A DNA stretch of 63,440 bases, counting the filler, from Basidiobolus ranarum (lineage: Eukaryota), in NCBI GenBank assembly GCA_040143965.1. It is 51 parts of 51 records of this genome, joined end to end, with 100 filler letters (N's around TTAATTAATTAA, not from the genome) between each part and the next. Parts side by side here need not be neighbours in the genome. Positions count along the whole stretch, not along the records: positions 36,229 to 37,372 come from JASJQH010006242.1; positions 37,473 to 38,616 come from JASJQH010006243.1; positions 38,717 to 39,860 come from JASJQH010006244.1; positions 39,961 to 41,103 come from JASJQH010006245.1; positions 41,204 to 42,346 come from JASJQH010006246.1; positions 42,447 to 43,589 come from JASJQH010006247.1; positions 43,690 to 44,832 come from JASJQH010006248.1; positions 44,933 to 46,074 come from JASJQH010006249.1; 43 more parts are not named here. The stretch is one strand, 5' to 3'. The translations under genes and the position numbers were made by a program. This document shows positions 36,129 through 48,658 of the stretch, piece by piece. Numbering within the stretch: position 1 is the stretch's first letter; every line of letters starts with the position of its first letter. The notes below the pieces were generated by a model. That model was not told where the DNA came from. It searched no databases and saw only the letters and a list, made by a program, of their open reading frames with translations.

Positions 36129-37472
36129 NNNNNNNNNNNNNNNNNNNNNNNNNNNNNNNNNNNNNNNNNNNNTTAATTAATTAANNNNNNNNNNNNNNNN
36201 NNNNNNNNNNNNNNNNNNNNNNNNNNNNAGGTTTTGTGAATCCTTGGCAGTTATTTGTGCTTATTTAAAGAGTAATGATGAAGATCGAGAAAGTCATATA
36301 CAAAATAAAAAGTCGAGTGAAATCTGTAGAATACGAATCTACTAGAGATTGGGAAGATTTCTAGTATGAGAGCTGATAATCTTTAATTCAGTGCGTTTTG
36401 AGCAGAAATTGGAAAAGAGATTCAGTATCTTTAAATTCATAGCGTCCATCGGCATAAGTAAAGTGCTTGTTGTACTTAAACATCAGAGTCTAAACACCAA
36501 GTATGCATTCTCCACCTGCTTGCCTGGTTGGCAAAGAAGTACGGTCATACCATTTAATATGTAAAGGTAAGCTATTTAGATATCTTCGATCTTAGATAGA
36601 TGCTGCTTGTAAATCCAATGTCAGATCTCAATATTTCATGCTTGGGAAAGTTTGTATACCAGCGTAGAGGCCTAGGTCAGTATAGTTTTGGAAACTTGGA
36701 AAATAATCGAGAAAAATGATAATGCGCAGATTTTACTTGTTTTGAAAATAAATTTTTTGGTTGTGTTTTATTATATTAATCAGGGCATGATTCCTCTAGT
36801 CAAGGGGTAACTAATTAAGTGAAGAAGAGAATCTGGGTGACATAGTTCCCCGAGATAAAATAAGAGCAAAAAGTTTTGAAGTGAATTCTTTGATAGAAAC
36901 ACTCTTTATTTGAATTTTGAAAGTAAGAAAAGTTACAACTTCTCCGTCAATAGTAATGTTTTGATAATTCTGGTATCCATGAGGTTCTTCGTTATATAGG
37001 ATATATTTTGAAGCCTATATTTCTACGCAAATTGATCAAATTCTTTAGAAATGCAGCAATTCCGCTATATCTCATCATTTATTACCTGATGACAAATCTG
37101 CTATAGTTAGCTACAAAACATAGTTTAAACACATTTCAGAGCTTTACACTATGCCAGTTTAGGATATCTCAGTGATGGATTTCTAGAAGATTGGTAGCTG
37201 TTATAAACTTGACAGGCCACAACTGGTGTGCGAAAACAGCTGGTGTGCGAAATAAGCATCTTTCTAGATTCAAATTCCACTTTCATGTGTATGTTATTAT
37301 TATATTGATTGGATTAATAAACGTAACACATTAATGCAATTAGTCACTTATTGATAGCCCAAATTGTACTTGNNNNNNNNNNNNNNNNNNNNNNNNNNNN
37401 NNNNNNNNNNNNNNNNTTAATTAATTAANNNNNNNNNNNNNNNNNNNNNNNNNNNNNNNNNNNNNNNNNNNN

Positions 37473-38334
37473 GTCTATCTCTGCAGCTATGGCAGTGTTA
37501 ACTTGTTCATATATTGGCCTAATATAATGTGGTTTATACAAGTTATTTTGCTTAGCTGCAGAAGATACAAAATTCCATTTTCAATCCCCAATGGTACAGC
37601 TATTTTGATCAAACTAAAGCTATATCCCTCAGATGTATCTTTACTCACTTACAACAAATATTTTGCTAGCCCAGCCACATATAACATGTTTTTCAGTGTC
37701 AAATACATATCCCCAGAGATGCCCTAAGAGTCACTTCAATTTCTCCCACTATCAGAGCTTCTAGTAGCCAGTCATCTCCCATACAAACCTTCTTGTAATG
37801 TCAGTTTTGTGTGTCTTTACTCAGTTTTTTTGATTAGAGCATTGTTGAGAGGCTGCAGAATCTATACATCACAACCTACAGTCTTGTTGAGAGGTCAATG
37901 ATAGAGCAGGAATGAATAAAACTTCCTCTTTGGTTGAAACCCGATTTGCTTGTTCTGACTACTCATTTTTGATTTAATTTCTTGAATTCTAATATCTTAC
38001 CTAGTATCCCAGCTTGTTACAACCATTGCATAAACCTGGATTCCTTCTTTTGTACTGTTTATACTTTACAAAGCTATGCTTACCAGCTCCAAAAAGGGCC
38101 ACTTCCTGACATCCTCTTTCCAAATTTTTACTTCTAAGTTATTGATCCATTAGCCTTGCCACCATATATTCCAAACACAACTTGTCAGAGCTTGGTTCCA
38201 AACCTGTGACCAAGTTTGAACACTGTTCTGGTAGACTACTTAGAAGAGTCAAAACAACATCTTATTCCTGTAAAGTTGCACCAATATTTTCCAGTTGTTT
38301 TGCCAAGTATCTCACATTTCCAATAGGAGTAACC
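37473..38334 (-). mobile_element. Copia gag-end/protease/pre-integrase, highly degenerate
   Basis: Left part is the reverse complement of 5012-5250; degenerate knuckle and protease region. Confidence 0.75.
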
Positions 38335-38506
38335 TGTCATGATTCTGATTTTTGGCATACTGATCTACTACAAATAGAATGCCTCTATTATTAGATTTTG
38401 ACATCATATGTGCTGTGCCATCCCTTCTCAGCAATCTGGTGTCAGTTCATCCAGATTACCGTATATGGAAGTCATGTTCTTTGGAACATTCCATGAAACC
38501 TAACCA
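38335..38506 (+). mobile_element. LTR 5' end (putative LTR-G)
   Basis: TGTCATGATTCTGAT...; shares the boundary with 59550-59723 while flanks differ. Confidence 0.7.
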
Positions 38507-38616
38507 TGTTGAAGTTTATTGTCTTTATCATATATGTTATCTCTATCTTTATACACCTAACTATTTCATATATCACATATTAGTTAGTCAACATTATTTA
38601 GTCAAATATCACTTAG
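38507..38616 (+). mobile_element. LTR-B 5' end
   Basis: TGTTGAAGTTTATTGTC. Confidence 0.88.
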
Positions 38617-38881
38617 NNNNNNNNNNNNNNNNNNNNNNNNNNNNNNNNNNNNNNNNNNNNTTAATTAATTAANNNNNNNNNNNNNNNNNNNNNNNNNNNN
38701 NNNNNNNNNNNNNNNNATGACATATTTTGAGACATATAGGGCATATTTTCATCATTTTTGATGGGATTTTTGTCTAGTTTCACACCTGGATCCATGGGAG
38801 TTGCTACTGGCTTACAATGCTCCATCCTGTAACATCTGAGAATGTCTGAGATTATTTTAGATTGATTCAGAGTGATAGATT

Positions 38882-39229
38882 TGTCAAAGTATTTGGGAGC
38901 CTGTTGGAAGTGGTTTGGAGAATCAGAGGAATTGGTGGTTTTCACTTATTGATTTATTGACTAGAGAGTTGACATTTATAGTTTTGTCAAGATGTAAGCA
39001 AACTAACGTGTAGAATATGTTAAGGAAGGTCCCAGGAACATGTGTGCAAAGTTTGGGGCTTCTAGCACAAATTTGAAAAATCTATATATCTGAAGACTTC
39101 TAAGTTGGCAAAAATGTTCTAAGTAAATTCCGATTGAAAATAATTGATAATATCTTAGTGAATTATAAGATAACTAAGCACTAAGCTACATATGACTATA
39201 TAGATGTTTAGGCAATGCTAATTTCAACA
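38882..39229 (-). mobile_element. LTR-A, 3' LTR of an element nested in another Copia RT (38717-38881)
   Basis: Preceded on minus strand by PPT TTGAGGGAGAG (39230-39240); defines LTR-A orientation. Confidence 0.93.
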
Positions 39230-39240
39230 CTCTCCCTCAA

Positions 39241-39860
39241 CTAAATAGTCGTATAAACTAATCCCAATAAAGGTCTAAATTTCTCAAATTTCTGTCTAGC
39301 TAATGGTTTGGTTAATATATCAGCAATCATGTCTTCTGTAGAACAATAAGTTAAGTCAATAAACTTATTCTCTATAGTCTCTCTAATGAAGTGATGCTTA
39401 ATTTCTATATGTTTGCTTCTATTATGAAACATTGGATTTTTAGCTAATTTGATACAACTTTGATTTTCTTGAAATATTGTAGTTGGTGAATTTTGAGAAC
39501 AATCCAAATGTGTTAAGAGTTTTGTTAACCATATTGCTTCTTTTGTTGCTTCACAGGCAGCCATGTATTCAGCTTCAGTTGTTGAAAGTGCTACGGTAGG
39601 TTGTTTCTTGGAATTCCAAGAAATAGCTCCATTACAGCAAAGAAACAAGTATCCTGTTGTAGATCTCCTGTCTTCAATATCTCTTCCCCAATTTGCATCT
39701 GAATATCCCATCAGATCAAAGTTTGATCCAGAATATGTGTATTTTAAGCATAGATCCACAGTACCTTTCAAATATCTGAAAATCCACTTAACTGCTATGA
39801 TTTGATCAGATCCATAATTTTGAAGATATTGGCACATAACTCCCACAGAATATGCAATAT
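39241..39860 (-). mobile_element. Copia RNase H of the LTR-A family, intact frame
   Basis: GYSDANWG, DRRSTTGY, SKKQPTVALSTTEAEYMA, SKHIEIKHHFIRE, ADILTKPL. Confidence 0.96.
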
Positions 39861-39960
39861 NNNNNNNNNNNNNNNNNNNNNNNNNNNNNNNNNNNNNNNN
39901 NNNNTTAATTAATTAANNNNNNNNNNNNNNNNNNNNNNNNNNNNNNNNNNNNNNNNNNNN

Positions 39961-40559
39961 ATTGGGTCATCTACTTGAGCTGTATTTAGTGTTTGATGGA
40001 AGGGAGGTCTGAAAGTAGATGATGAGGGAGAGAAGAAAGGAGCCATATTTCTTTGTTGTTGTCTTTCAAACAACCAGTTGTCACATTTAATTGCCTGGTG
40101 GATAGCATCAGTCAAGGTCACTGGGTCAGCAATAGTATGTGAAGGATCCTTAATATTTTCTTGGAGTCCATATTGGAATTGGTTGATCAGAGCAGATTCT
40201 CCCCAATTGAGATCACAGGGAAGAAGGCAGAATTTGGCAGCATAAGGTGATGCAGGCTTTGCCCCTTGTTTAAGTGCACAGAGCTTGGTGGCTGAAGTTC
40301 TTCCCTTATCTGCATTTCGAAATGTGGCTTCCAATTCAGCAACAAAGGCAAGGACATTTAAAAGAAGTGGAGATTGACTTTTCATCAAAGAAGCAAACCA
40401 AGATAGAGCTGTTCCTGATAATAGTGTTCCCACTAAGCCTACTTTTGCTTGGTCAGAGGGATAACAATGGGGATGTAGCTGGATGATGAGCTTTACTTGG
40501 TTAAAAGAATCACAATAGTTTTGGCAAGTGCCATCAAGCTTATTTGGTAGGGAGATCTT
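39961..40559 (-). mobile_element. Ty3/Gypsy gag (retrotransposon capsid)
   Basis: LLSGTALSWF, LKQG, LNWGESALINQFQYGL. Confidence 0.88.
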
Positions 40560-40937
40560 TATTGGGAAAATAGGGGCTGTTTGGAGGAACTTTAGAAAAG
40601 TGGAGTTGTGAATAGCTTTGTGAGATAATTATTCATTGTCCAGAAATAAAGCATTTATACATTTTGGTGGAAATACAAAAAACTAACACTGGGGTTGTGT
40701 TCAGAACATCTGTGGGAGTAAAATGAGCTATCTTTGGGGCAATTTGGACGAGTTTGATAATTCCAATATGGAATTGCTAATTTTCACATTATCTACATAT
40801 ATATATAATATGTGTTTCAATTTTCAGCTAAGTGATATTTAACTAAGTAATGCTAACTAATTTATATATGATATAGGAGATAGTTAGTTATATAAAGATA
40901 GAGATAACAAATACAATACAGACAATAAACTTCAACA
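40560..40937 (-). mobile_element. Complete Copia LTR-B (378 bp), 3' LTR, TG...TA termini
   Basis: Minus strand: RNase H tail (40950-41103), PPT AGTTGAGTGGGAG, TGTTGAAG...CCCAATA. Confidence 0.92.
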
Positions 40938-41203
40938 CTCCCACTCAACTAAACATTCATTTATCTTAATCCTAACTTGAATCATAATTCTTCAAGTTTT
41001 TGCTTGGGTACTGGTTTGGTAAGGATGTCAGCAAGCATGTCCTCAGTTGGACAGTACTCTAGTTGGACATGATTATTTCCAATAGCTTCCCTAAGAAAGG
41101 GATNNNNNNNNNNNNNNNNNNNNNNNNNNNNNNNNNNNNNNNNNNNNTTAATTAATTAANNNNNNNNNNNNNNNNNNNNNNNNNNNNNNNNNNNNNNNNN
41201 NNN

Positions 41204-42346
41204 TCACTACTATCCAAATACAACACTAAACTTTATGGTTTTACTGTCAAGAGCCTGGTCAGATTTCAACATGATCACTGATATCAATTCACCAAGTAGT
41301 CAGTCAAACATCAAACTTGGTATTAGCCGTAAGCCTAAGATTATATTGCTAAAGGGGATCAGCTGGAGCCAGAGCTTCCCATTAGGAACCATGCACTTAC
41401 AATTCAACAACATTCCAATAATCCTTACTCAGCTATATAGTGGCAAATTCAATATGAATGAGGCTTTCAAGATAGGATCAAAGTTTGAATCAATTGGGAA
41501 AATGCTTGAAAACATCAAGATACCATCATATTTTACCAGGACTCCCATCAATATCTACTCATCTAGGTGTTTATTCAAATGCAAAGCCTAGAAGTATTGG
41601 ATTTGTGTATATTTAAGTAGAATTTTGAAAAGATTTCTGTCTGATAAGTATTGGCAACACTGGGAGTTGTTTGTTGATATTGTTAATATATTCTTACAGC
41701 ATCATCTCACATTGGCAGATCTCAGGCAGATATAGCAACTGTACAAAGATTTTGTAATTGGATATGAAAAACTTTATTACAGGTTTCAAGAAGATAGACT
41801 GAATCTATGCCAGTTTTCAATACATTCCTTGCTGCATCTTTCACAATTCTTAGAGATTATAGGCCCTTGCTATACATTCTGGGAGTTGCCAATGGAGCAC
41901 ACCTGAGGTGAAATGATGCTCCATGGGAAATTGTCAATATTTCTATATGCTAATTGGATTAACAATATATCAGCAAAATCAGTGATGGATGTAATGCAAA
42001 GGGTTAAGGAGACTCCAGAGTGTATTAACCTGCCAACAAAGGGCTCTTTTCAATGTGCTCATGGGTTTTCACATTCTGTGAGCACAATAACAGCAACAAA
42101 GCCCAATTCATGGACACAGAGTAAGTACCTTTATATTTGGACTAATTTGATTGTGTGATAATCTGACGGTATTTTTAGGAAAGCTGCAAGACAGACTTCT
42201 TGGTGAGATAGATGGAGATACGCAGTATTATTGTTTTAGCCATGGGGTAATCTATTCAAGCAATGACACATCTACTTGTGGCAGGACATTTGTTGACTGC
42301 AAGTTGGGGATATATTGGCTGAATTCTTTACAGAAATTTGCCAAAA
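41204..42346 (+). mobile_element. CMC transposase C-terminal half
   Basis: SFPLGTMHLQFNNI, GPCYTFWELPMEH; end overlaps 11100-11168. Confidence 0.9.
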
Positions 42347-42446
42347 NNNNNNNNNNNNNNNNNNNNNNNNNNNNNNNNNNNNNNNNNNNNTTAATTAATT
42401 AANNNNNNNNNNNNNNNNNNNNNNNNNNNNNNNNNNNNNNNNNNNN

Positions 42447-42851
42447 TAAGCTCCCACCCAAATACCAAGCCTTTGCTGATGTCTTTGACAAGAAGAAATC
42501 TGATATACTCCCAGCTCACTGCCCATATGATTGCCCTATAGATCTACAAGAAGGAAAACAATCACCTTTTGGGCCTATATATGGGCTGACCCAGCCTGAA
42601 CTCAACATTTGGAAAGAGTACATTGTAGGAAATCTGGAAAAGGATGCATCAAACATTTGAAGTCCCCAGCAGGCTCTCCAATCTTATGTGTTAAGAAACA
42701 GGATGGATCCCTCCATCTCTGTCTTGATTATCAAGGCCTAAATGGCAATACAGTTAAAAATTGGTACCCCTGGCCATTAATCAACTCACTCTTGGATCAC
42801 CTTGCTTCAGCCAAGGTGTTTAGAAAGCTTGATCTAAGAGGTGCTTACAAT
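42447..42851 (+). mobile_element. Ty3/Gypsy RT N-terminus
   Basis: [49 protein letters not shown]. Confidence 0.93.
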
Positions 42852-43115
42852 CCACCAATACCCAAATACTTGAACTTGCCACAGTATATTCCCTATTCAG
42901 TATATAATGTTTCACCCTGCAATATCTATGTAAGCCCCTTGCATTCCTTAATCAGACCTTGGTCTGCTCAACACTAGTAATCAATAAAGGTTCTTGCCAA
43001 AGTATCTTTCTTGTCCAGTCTTGTCTTGTTTGTCTTGTGGTCTATACCCAAGTGCTCTCCTGCCTTCTAGCCTCTTGTCATATTTCCAATCCTTGTTCAG
43101 TTCCTTATTGTGACA
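42852..43115 (+). mobile_element. LTR 3' part (LTR-G)
   Basis: TATATAA, AATAAA, ends TTGTGACA; same end as 6976-7051. Confidence 0.65.
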
Positions 43116-43444
43116 TATAGAGCTGTAGCAACAGATTCCACCCAAAAGTTTTGAGATAAATTTGTGCATTTAGCATAAATCTTGCCAATTCTAATATAAT
43201 TCTGTTAGCACTTTCAGCAACTCTATTACATTGAGATGAATAGGTGATGTAGTGGGGTAGCATTACTACCCATTGGCAGGTTGACTTATTTCCACTCTAA
43301 GCTCATATCATTACTATTACACAATTTCTATTTTATGATCCTTATCTGACTTACCCATATTCTCTAGCCAATCATATCACACTATTAGTATTATCCCCCA
43401 TTACTTCAGATTTATAAGTATTAACCCACATTAGCCCTATTATT

Positions 43445-43589
43445 TTCTGGAAAATTCTACAATCTTCCGGAACATTCAACAAGATTCTTGGAATATTTGA
43501 TGATTGATTGAGTTTTGACCAATCAAAACTTGATTTTGCCGGAACATTCCATGACTTTCTGGATTATTCTACAATCTTCCGGAACATTC
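43445..43589. promoter_or_regulatory. Cluster of heat-shock-element consensus motifs in a 33-bp direct repeat, within a putative LTR
   Basis: TTCnnGAAnnTTC at 43445, 43465 and 43577; GAAnnTTC at 43542; function untested. Confidence 0.55.
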
Positions 43590-43747
43590 NNNNNNNNNNN
43601 NNNNNNNNNNNNNNNNNNNNNNNNNNNNNNNNNTTAATTAATTAANNNNNNNNNNNNNNNNNNNNNNNNNNNNNNNNNNNNNNNNNNNNAACCGAAACAT
43701 TCCTAAGTTACCTAACACAACGGAAAAGAAAAAATACAATGTCAAAA

Positions 43748-43818
43748 TGCATACTCGGGGAATCGAACCCCGGTCTACCGCGTGGCAGGCGGTAATTATA
43801 CCACTAAACCAAGTATGC
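43748..43818 (-). tRNA. tRNA-Gly(GCC)
   Basis: GCATACT...ACCGC-CTGCCAC-GCGGT...GGTTCGATTCC...AGTATGCA; T-run follows. Confidence 0.96.
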
Positions 43819-43944
43819 AACTTAATAGTTGCCGAGTCGGATGAATATTACTCATTATCATTGAGAAGTAGACGTTACAATAGGCACTACCGTAACATGA
43901 TTAGTTACATTCAAATATCATTCAACTTGCTGTAAATACAAAAC

Positions 43945-44017
43945 GGGCGTATGGCCAAATGGATAAGGCGCCTGACTACGGATCAGGAGATTCCAGGTTC
44001 GATCCCTGGTATGCTCG
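43945..44017 (+). tRNA. tRNA-Arg(ACG)
   Basis: GGGCGTA...CCTGA-CTACGGA-TCAGG...GGTTCGATCCC...TATGCTCG. Confidence 0.96.
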
Positions 44018-44230
44018 TTCTATTTTGCATCGCATAAACGTTTTACATTCTATACAGCCTAGTGTTGTAGATTCTCCAGGAAAGAAAAGAATGTTGGGAA
44101 TACTCATTCTTTTCATTGCACAGTGTATCGGATTATCAAAAGCTAGAAATTCTACCGAACTGTACATTTGCTCTCACTTCTTATCTGATGTCACAGTAAA
44201 CTACAGATGTAAAGATATTCAAAAATAGTT

Positions 44231-44302
44231 TTCCCCATCGGGGAATCGAACCCCGGCCGTCTCGGTGAGAGCGAGAAATCCTAACCACTGGACCAATGAG
44301 GA
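44231..44302 (-). tRNA. tRNA-Glu(CTC)
   Basis: TCCTCAT...TCTCG-CTCTCAC-CGAGA...GGTTCGATTCC...ATGGGGAA. Confidence 0.96.
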
Positions 44303-44603
44303 ATTGTTAATGATATTGAAACGTAAATGATTATTATCTTTCACTGAATATACTCACTCGGTATTTCTATGATGGAATAGTTAAGTCCTTTTCATGTACC
44401 ATTGAGTATGTATTTGTGACCTTGACATTGTAACAAAATGCTTAAACGTGACATAAAATAACATGAGAGTGACTGAATATAGAGCATCTAAGATAATAAC
44501 TGGGTTCAATGAGGGTGTATTAACAACAATGAATCTCCATTATATAGCAACGCAAACTTTTGGTTAGTAATAAATACGTGACAATCAATACGCGTACTAT
44601 AGA

Positions 44604-44677
44604 GCTCGCATAGCTCAGTTGGTTAGAGCGTGGTGCTAATAACGCCAAGGCCGCAGGTTCGACCCCTGCTGTGAGCA
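44604..44677 (+). tRNA. tRNA-Ile(AAT)
   Basis: GCTCGCA...TGGTG-CTAATAA-CGCCA...GGTTCGACCC...TGTGAGCA; T-runs follow. Confidence 0.96.
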
Positions 44678-44932
44678 AATAATCTTTTGCCTTTTTTCAC
44701 AGTTGCACTATGGCATTGCTAATATAAACTTCGGGCTACACCTGATAAGTAATGTCCAATTGTTATATATCTTATGATTAGAATCAGTTTTATATCTGGA
44801 GTTATTTTATGGAGCAGAGAAAGTAATCTAAANNNNNNNNNNNNNNNNNNNNNNNNNNNNNNNNNNNNNNNNNNNNTTAATTAATTAANNNNNNNNNNNN
44901 NNNNNNNNNNNNNNNNNNNNNNNNNNNNNNNN

Positions 44933-46074
44933 GATTTGAGGTGAAAAGTTTGCTTTTTCATCAAAAATCACATCTCTGCACTAAATTAACTTCTGATTTT
45001 TGGTATCAAACAGTCTGTAGGCCTTGGATCCATCACAGTAACCAAGAAATAGGCATTTTGTTCTTTTGGGTTCCAATTTTGAGCAATTTCAGAGCTAGAA
45101 TCAGGCAATATGCTGTGTAACCAAAGATCCTGAGATGATCTACATTTGGTTTTATCCATATAGGGCTTCAAAATGAGTAGAATCTTGTAGCAATCTTGTA
45201 GGGCATCTGTTTTTGATATAGACTGCAGTGGTGACAGATTCAGCCCAATATGGGTAATCTAACTTTTGATCATGTAACATTGATCTTGCCATCTCCACTA
45301 TGGTCCTATTAGCATGTTCAGCAACTCCATTTTGCTGTGGAGTACAAGGTACAGTAGTTTGTTGCTTAATTCCATGTTTAGAGCAAAAACTAGTAAAGTT
45401 TTAGAGCAGTATTCTCCCCCATTATCACTCCTTAGTACCCTTATTTTTTGTGCCAATTCTTGCTCTACCATTGCTTTGTAGTGCTTGAACATAGCTAAGG
45501 CATCCGATTTTGATTTGAGCAAAATACCCAAGTATATCTTGTTTTGTTATCAATAAAGGTCATCAAGTACCTTTTCCCACTCAGTGAGATGTTTTTCATG
45601 GGCCCACATTGGTCATAATGAATCAGGGAAAAATTCAGAGTGGATATGATCTCTCCAGAGCTTGAAAATGGCTCTCCGTGATGTTTTCCATATATGCAAC
45701 CTTCACACAGATCCAATTTAGTGATATTTTCAATTTCCAACCCTGAAACAAGCTGATTTTGGATTATTTGGGTCAGTTTTTGTTCCCCAACATGGCCCAA
45801 ACTTTTATGCCACATTTGACCACTTATTTCACCAGTTTTGGCCTTGTTTGCATGCTCAGAATGCAATTTGTTGATCTCTAGCTTTTATAAGTTTTGAGTT
45901 TTGTACCCAGTAGCTAATTTGGTATTATTCTGATCTGTTATAGTGCATCCAGCTATACTGAACATGAAATTTAATCCTTGAGTTGTTGCTAGGCTTACTG
46001 AGAGTAGATTCTTGGCTATATTTGGTACATAGAGTACATCATCTAATTTGCAGATGGTGTAGCTGAATTTTGGT
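44933..46074 (-). mobile_element. Copia pre-integrase/integrase, degenerate
   Basis: WHKSLGH, CEGC, LRSDNGGEYC; same family as 31249-32394. Confidence 0.94.
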
Positions 46075-46174
46075 NNNNNNNNNNNNNNNNNNNNNNNNNN
46101 NNNNNNNNNNNNNNNNNNTTAATTAATTAANNNNNNNNNNNNNNNNNNNNNNNNNNNNNNNNNNNNNNNNNNNN

Positions 46175-46229
46175 CTCCGAAGAGACTGCGACCTGAACGC
46201 AGCGCCTTAGACCACTCGGCCATCTCACC
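46175..46229 (-). tRNA. tRNA-Leu(CAG), 3' end cut off by contig edge
   Basis: GGTGAGATGGCCGAGTGGTCTAAGGCG-CTGCG-TTCAGGT-CGCAG-TCTCTTCGGAG (long variable arm). Confidence 0.92.
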
Positions 46230-47416
46230 TTTTCCTTGAAAATATTTATATCAAATTAACTTGGGAACAACAATCAAAGCATATGTAATCTCAACTCTCT
46301 GGGCCACGGTGAGAACTGTCAAATGGGGTTGGTTATTTGAAAATCGATGATGAATAGAATCCAGCAAATGTTAGAAAGGAAAGGTGCGTGGAAAAGAGAG
46401 TAATTTGTGAATAATCAGATATTTAATATTGCTATTCATGTACTTGAATAAAGCATCACAAAAGAGGCGAGTATATGTCAACATGCACAACAACACAATA
46501 TCGAACTCATTGACCCCTCTTTGGGAAGTCATAATTGAAGAAGGAAGATTAAGTGTTATTGAAGCAATAAAATTGTTTTTGCTGAAACCAAAGTGAGTAA
46601 CAGGCTTACTTTAATTCACCCTAACAAGATGCTAATTTCTTTTACAAACGGATATAAGTATGCCCTCAGAAAATGAATTCACATCAAATCGAAGATCAGA
46701 TTGTTGAGCTTGACTTTTGCTATTTAAGATCATCACTAGGCTGAGGTTAACAGTTAATAGGACTAAAGTTATAAGTGAGTTTCTCTCCACATGGAGTTAT
46801 GGGATCAATATTATTTGATTTGGGCAACAGAATATCATATTGAAGTATACTTGAAAATTTCAACACGTTGACTATCAATCTGGTTTGTATTGTTTGAATA
46901 TTTGCTACAAAGTTATGTCTGCTTATTAAATCAACAAAGGTAAACGCTTACATTGTGCGTAAAAGTATGCATGCGAATTACTAAAGATAACCAATGCAGT
47001 TAACGGTGGGAAATACCCACTTATTTACCATCCCAGATCGCCACAACATTGTCCAAATTTAGTTCATAATAAAGAGGCTTATTTGGGATCGTAATGGTAA
47101 TATTCTTGTTAATAATTAAATGTTGAACCCTCCAATGCTTTTCGTTTCACGCCGCCCATTGGGATTCTGGTACAAATTCCATAAATCAGGTTACGTTAGG
47201 GTGAAATTAATTCGGTGGATCAAAAAGTATAAGCTCAGTGATGTTACCATGTAAAATATCGGGATAGTAGTATCACTTCGGCTAAACTATGCATTGAAAG
47301 GCTGGAGTTTAGGACCNNNNNNNNNNNNNNNNNNNNNNNNNNNNNNNNNNNNNNNNNNNNTTAATTAATTAANNNNNNNNNNNNNNNNNNNNNNNNNNNN
47401 NNNNNNNNNNNNNNNN

Positions 47417-48558
47417 GAAGCTACATCTGAGAGATATAGCTTTAATTTTGATCAAAATGGCTGTACAATCAGGGATCAAAAAGGGAATTACGTAGCTTCT
47501 GGAGCTAAGCAAAATAACTTGTATAAACTTCATTATATTAGGCCAATATATGAACAAGTTAATACTGCCACAGCTGAAGAGATAAACTGGAAAATCTGGC
47601 ATAGGAGATTGGGTCATCTAGGAGCTGAAAATATGAGAAATTTAATCAAAAACAAGATGGTTTTGGGACTAAATTTTGTAATTCCACCGGATCTGGAGCT
47701 ATGTGAAGGTTGCCTATATGGTAGGCAACACAGACAGCCGTTTGTGGGCTCTGGAATGAGCAAAATTGATCAAAAATTGGGCCTGATACACTCAGATCTG
47801 TGTGGCCCAATGCAGACAAAATCCTTAGGCAGAAAAAGGTATTTTATGACCATTATTGATGATAAGACAAAGTATACTTTGGTTTAGTTTCTGGCCAGTA
47901 AGGATGAAGCCTTTGCTACCTTTGAGAAATTCAAAGCAATGGTAGAGACTAAAACAGGTCTAAAGATTAAGATTATCCGCACTGATAATGGAAGGGAATA
48001 TAGCTCAACACTCTTCTCTAACTTCTGCTCAACACATAGGATAAAACAGCAGACTACAGTGCCATATTCTTCACAGCAGAATGGAGTAGCAGAACGTGCA
48101 AACAGATCAATAATGGAAAAGGCAAGTTCAATGCTCCATGATCAACATTTACCATAACAGTTCTGGGCTGAATTGGTTGCAAGTGCAGTATATATTAGGA
48201 ATAGAGGTCCTTCTAGATCTCTATTAGCTATGACACCTTATCAAGCTTGGTTTGGAAGTAAATCTGATGTGGTTAATTTCAGAGTTTTTACAAGTACCGC
48301 ATATGTAATGATTTCAGAACAGAAGAGATCAAAATTAGACTGAAAAAGCCAGAAATGTCTTTGTTTGGGATATTGTGATGGGACAAAAGGGTACAGACTG
48401 TATGACACTGAAAATAAGAAGATAATCAACTCAAGGGACATGGAATTTGCTGAAGAAGAAAAATTTTCAATCAAAACAATCCAGGATCAATAAAAACAAT
48501 CAAAAATTGATGAAAATTCTTCTTTTTCTCACCAGATCATGATCAGTGAGAAAAACAT
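47417..48558 (+). mobile_element. Copia pre-integrase/integrase
   Basis: WHRRLGH, HSDLCGPM, RTDNGREY, QNGVAERANR; same family as 5012-6163. Confidence 0.95.
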
Positions 48559-48658
48559 NNNNNNNNNNNNNNNNNNNNNNNNNNNNNNNNNNNNNNNNNN
48601 NNTTAATTAATTAANNNNNNNNNNNNNNNNNNNNNNNNNNNNNNNNNNNNNNNNNNNN

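Noticed and set aside
36229-37372. Host-like contig with a broken minus-strand frame (~36390-36590) and a duplicated CTGGTGTGCGAAA (37223, 37240)
   Set aside because: No recognisable domain or RNA fold; the duplicated motif alone is insufficient for a call.
46230-47316. Possible ncRNA upstream of tRNA-Leu (small hairpin GTGGGAAATACCCAC)
   Set aside because: No recognisable family motif; consistent with ordinary intergenic DNA.
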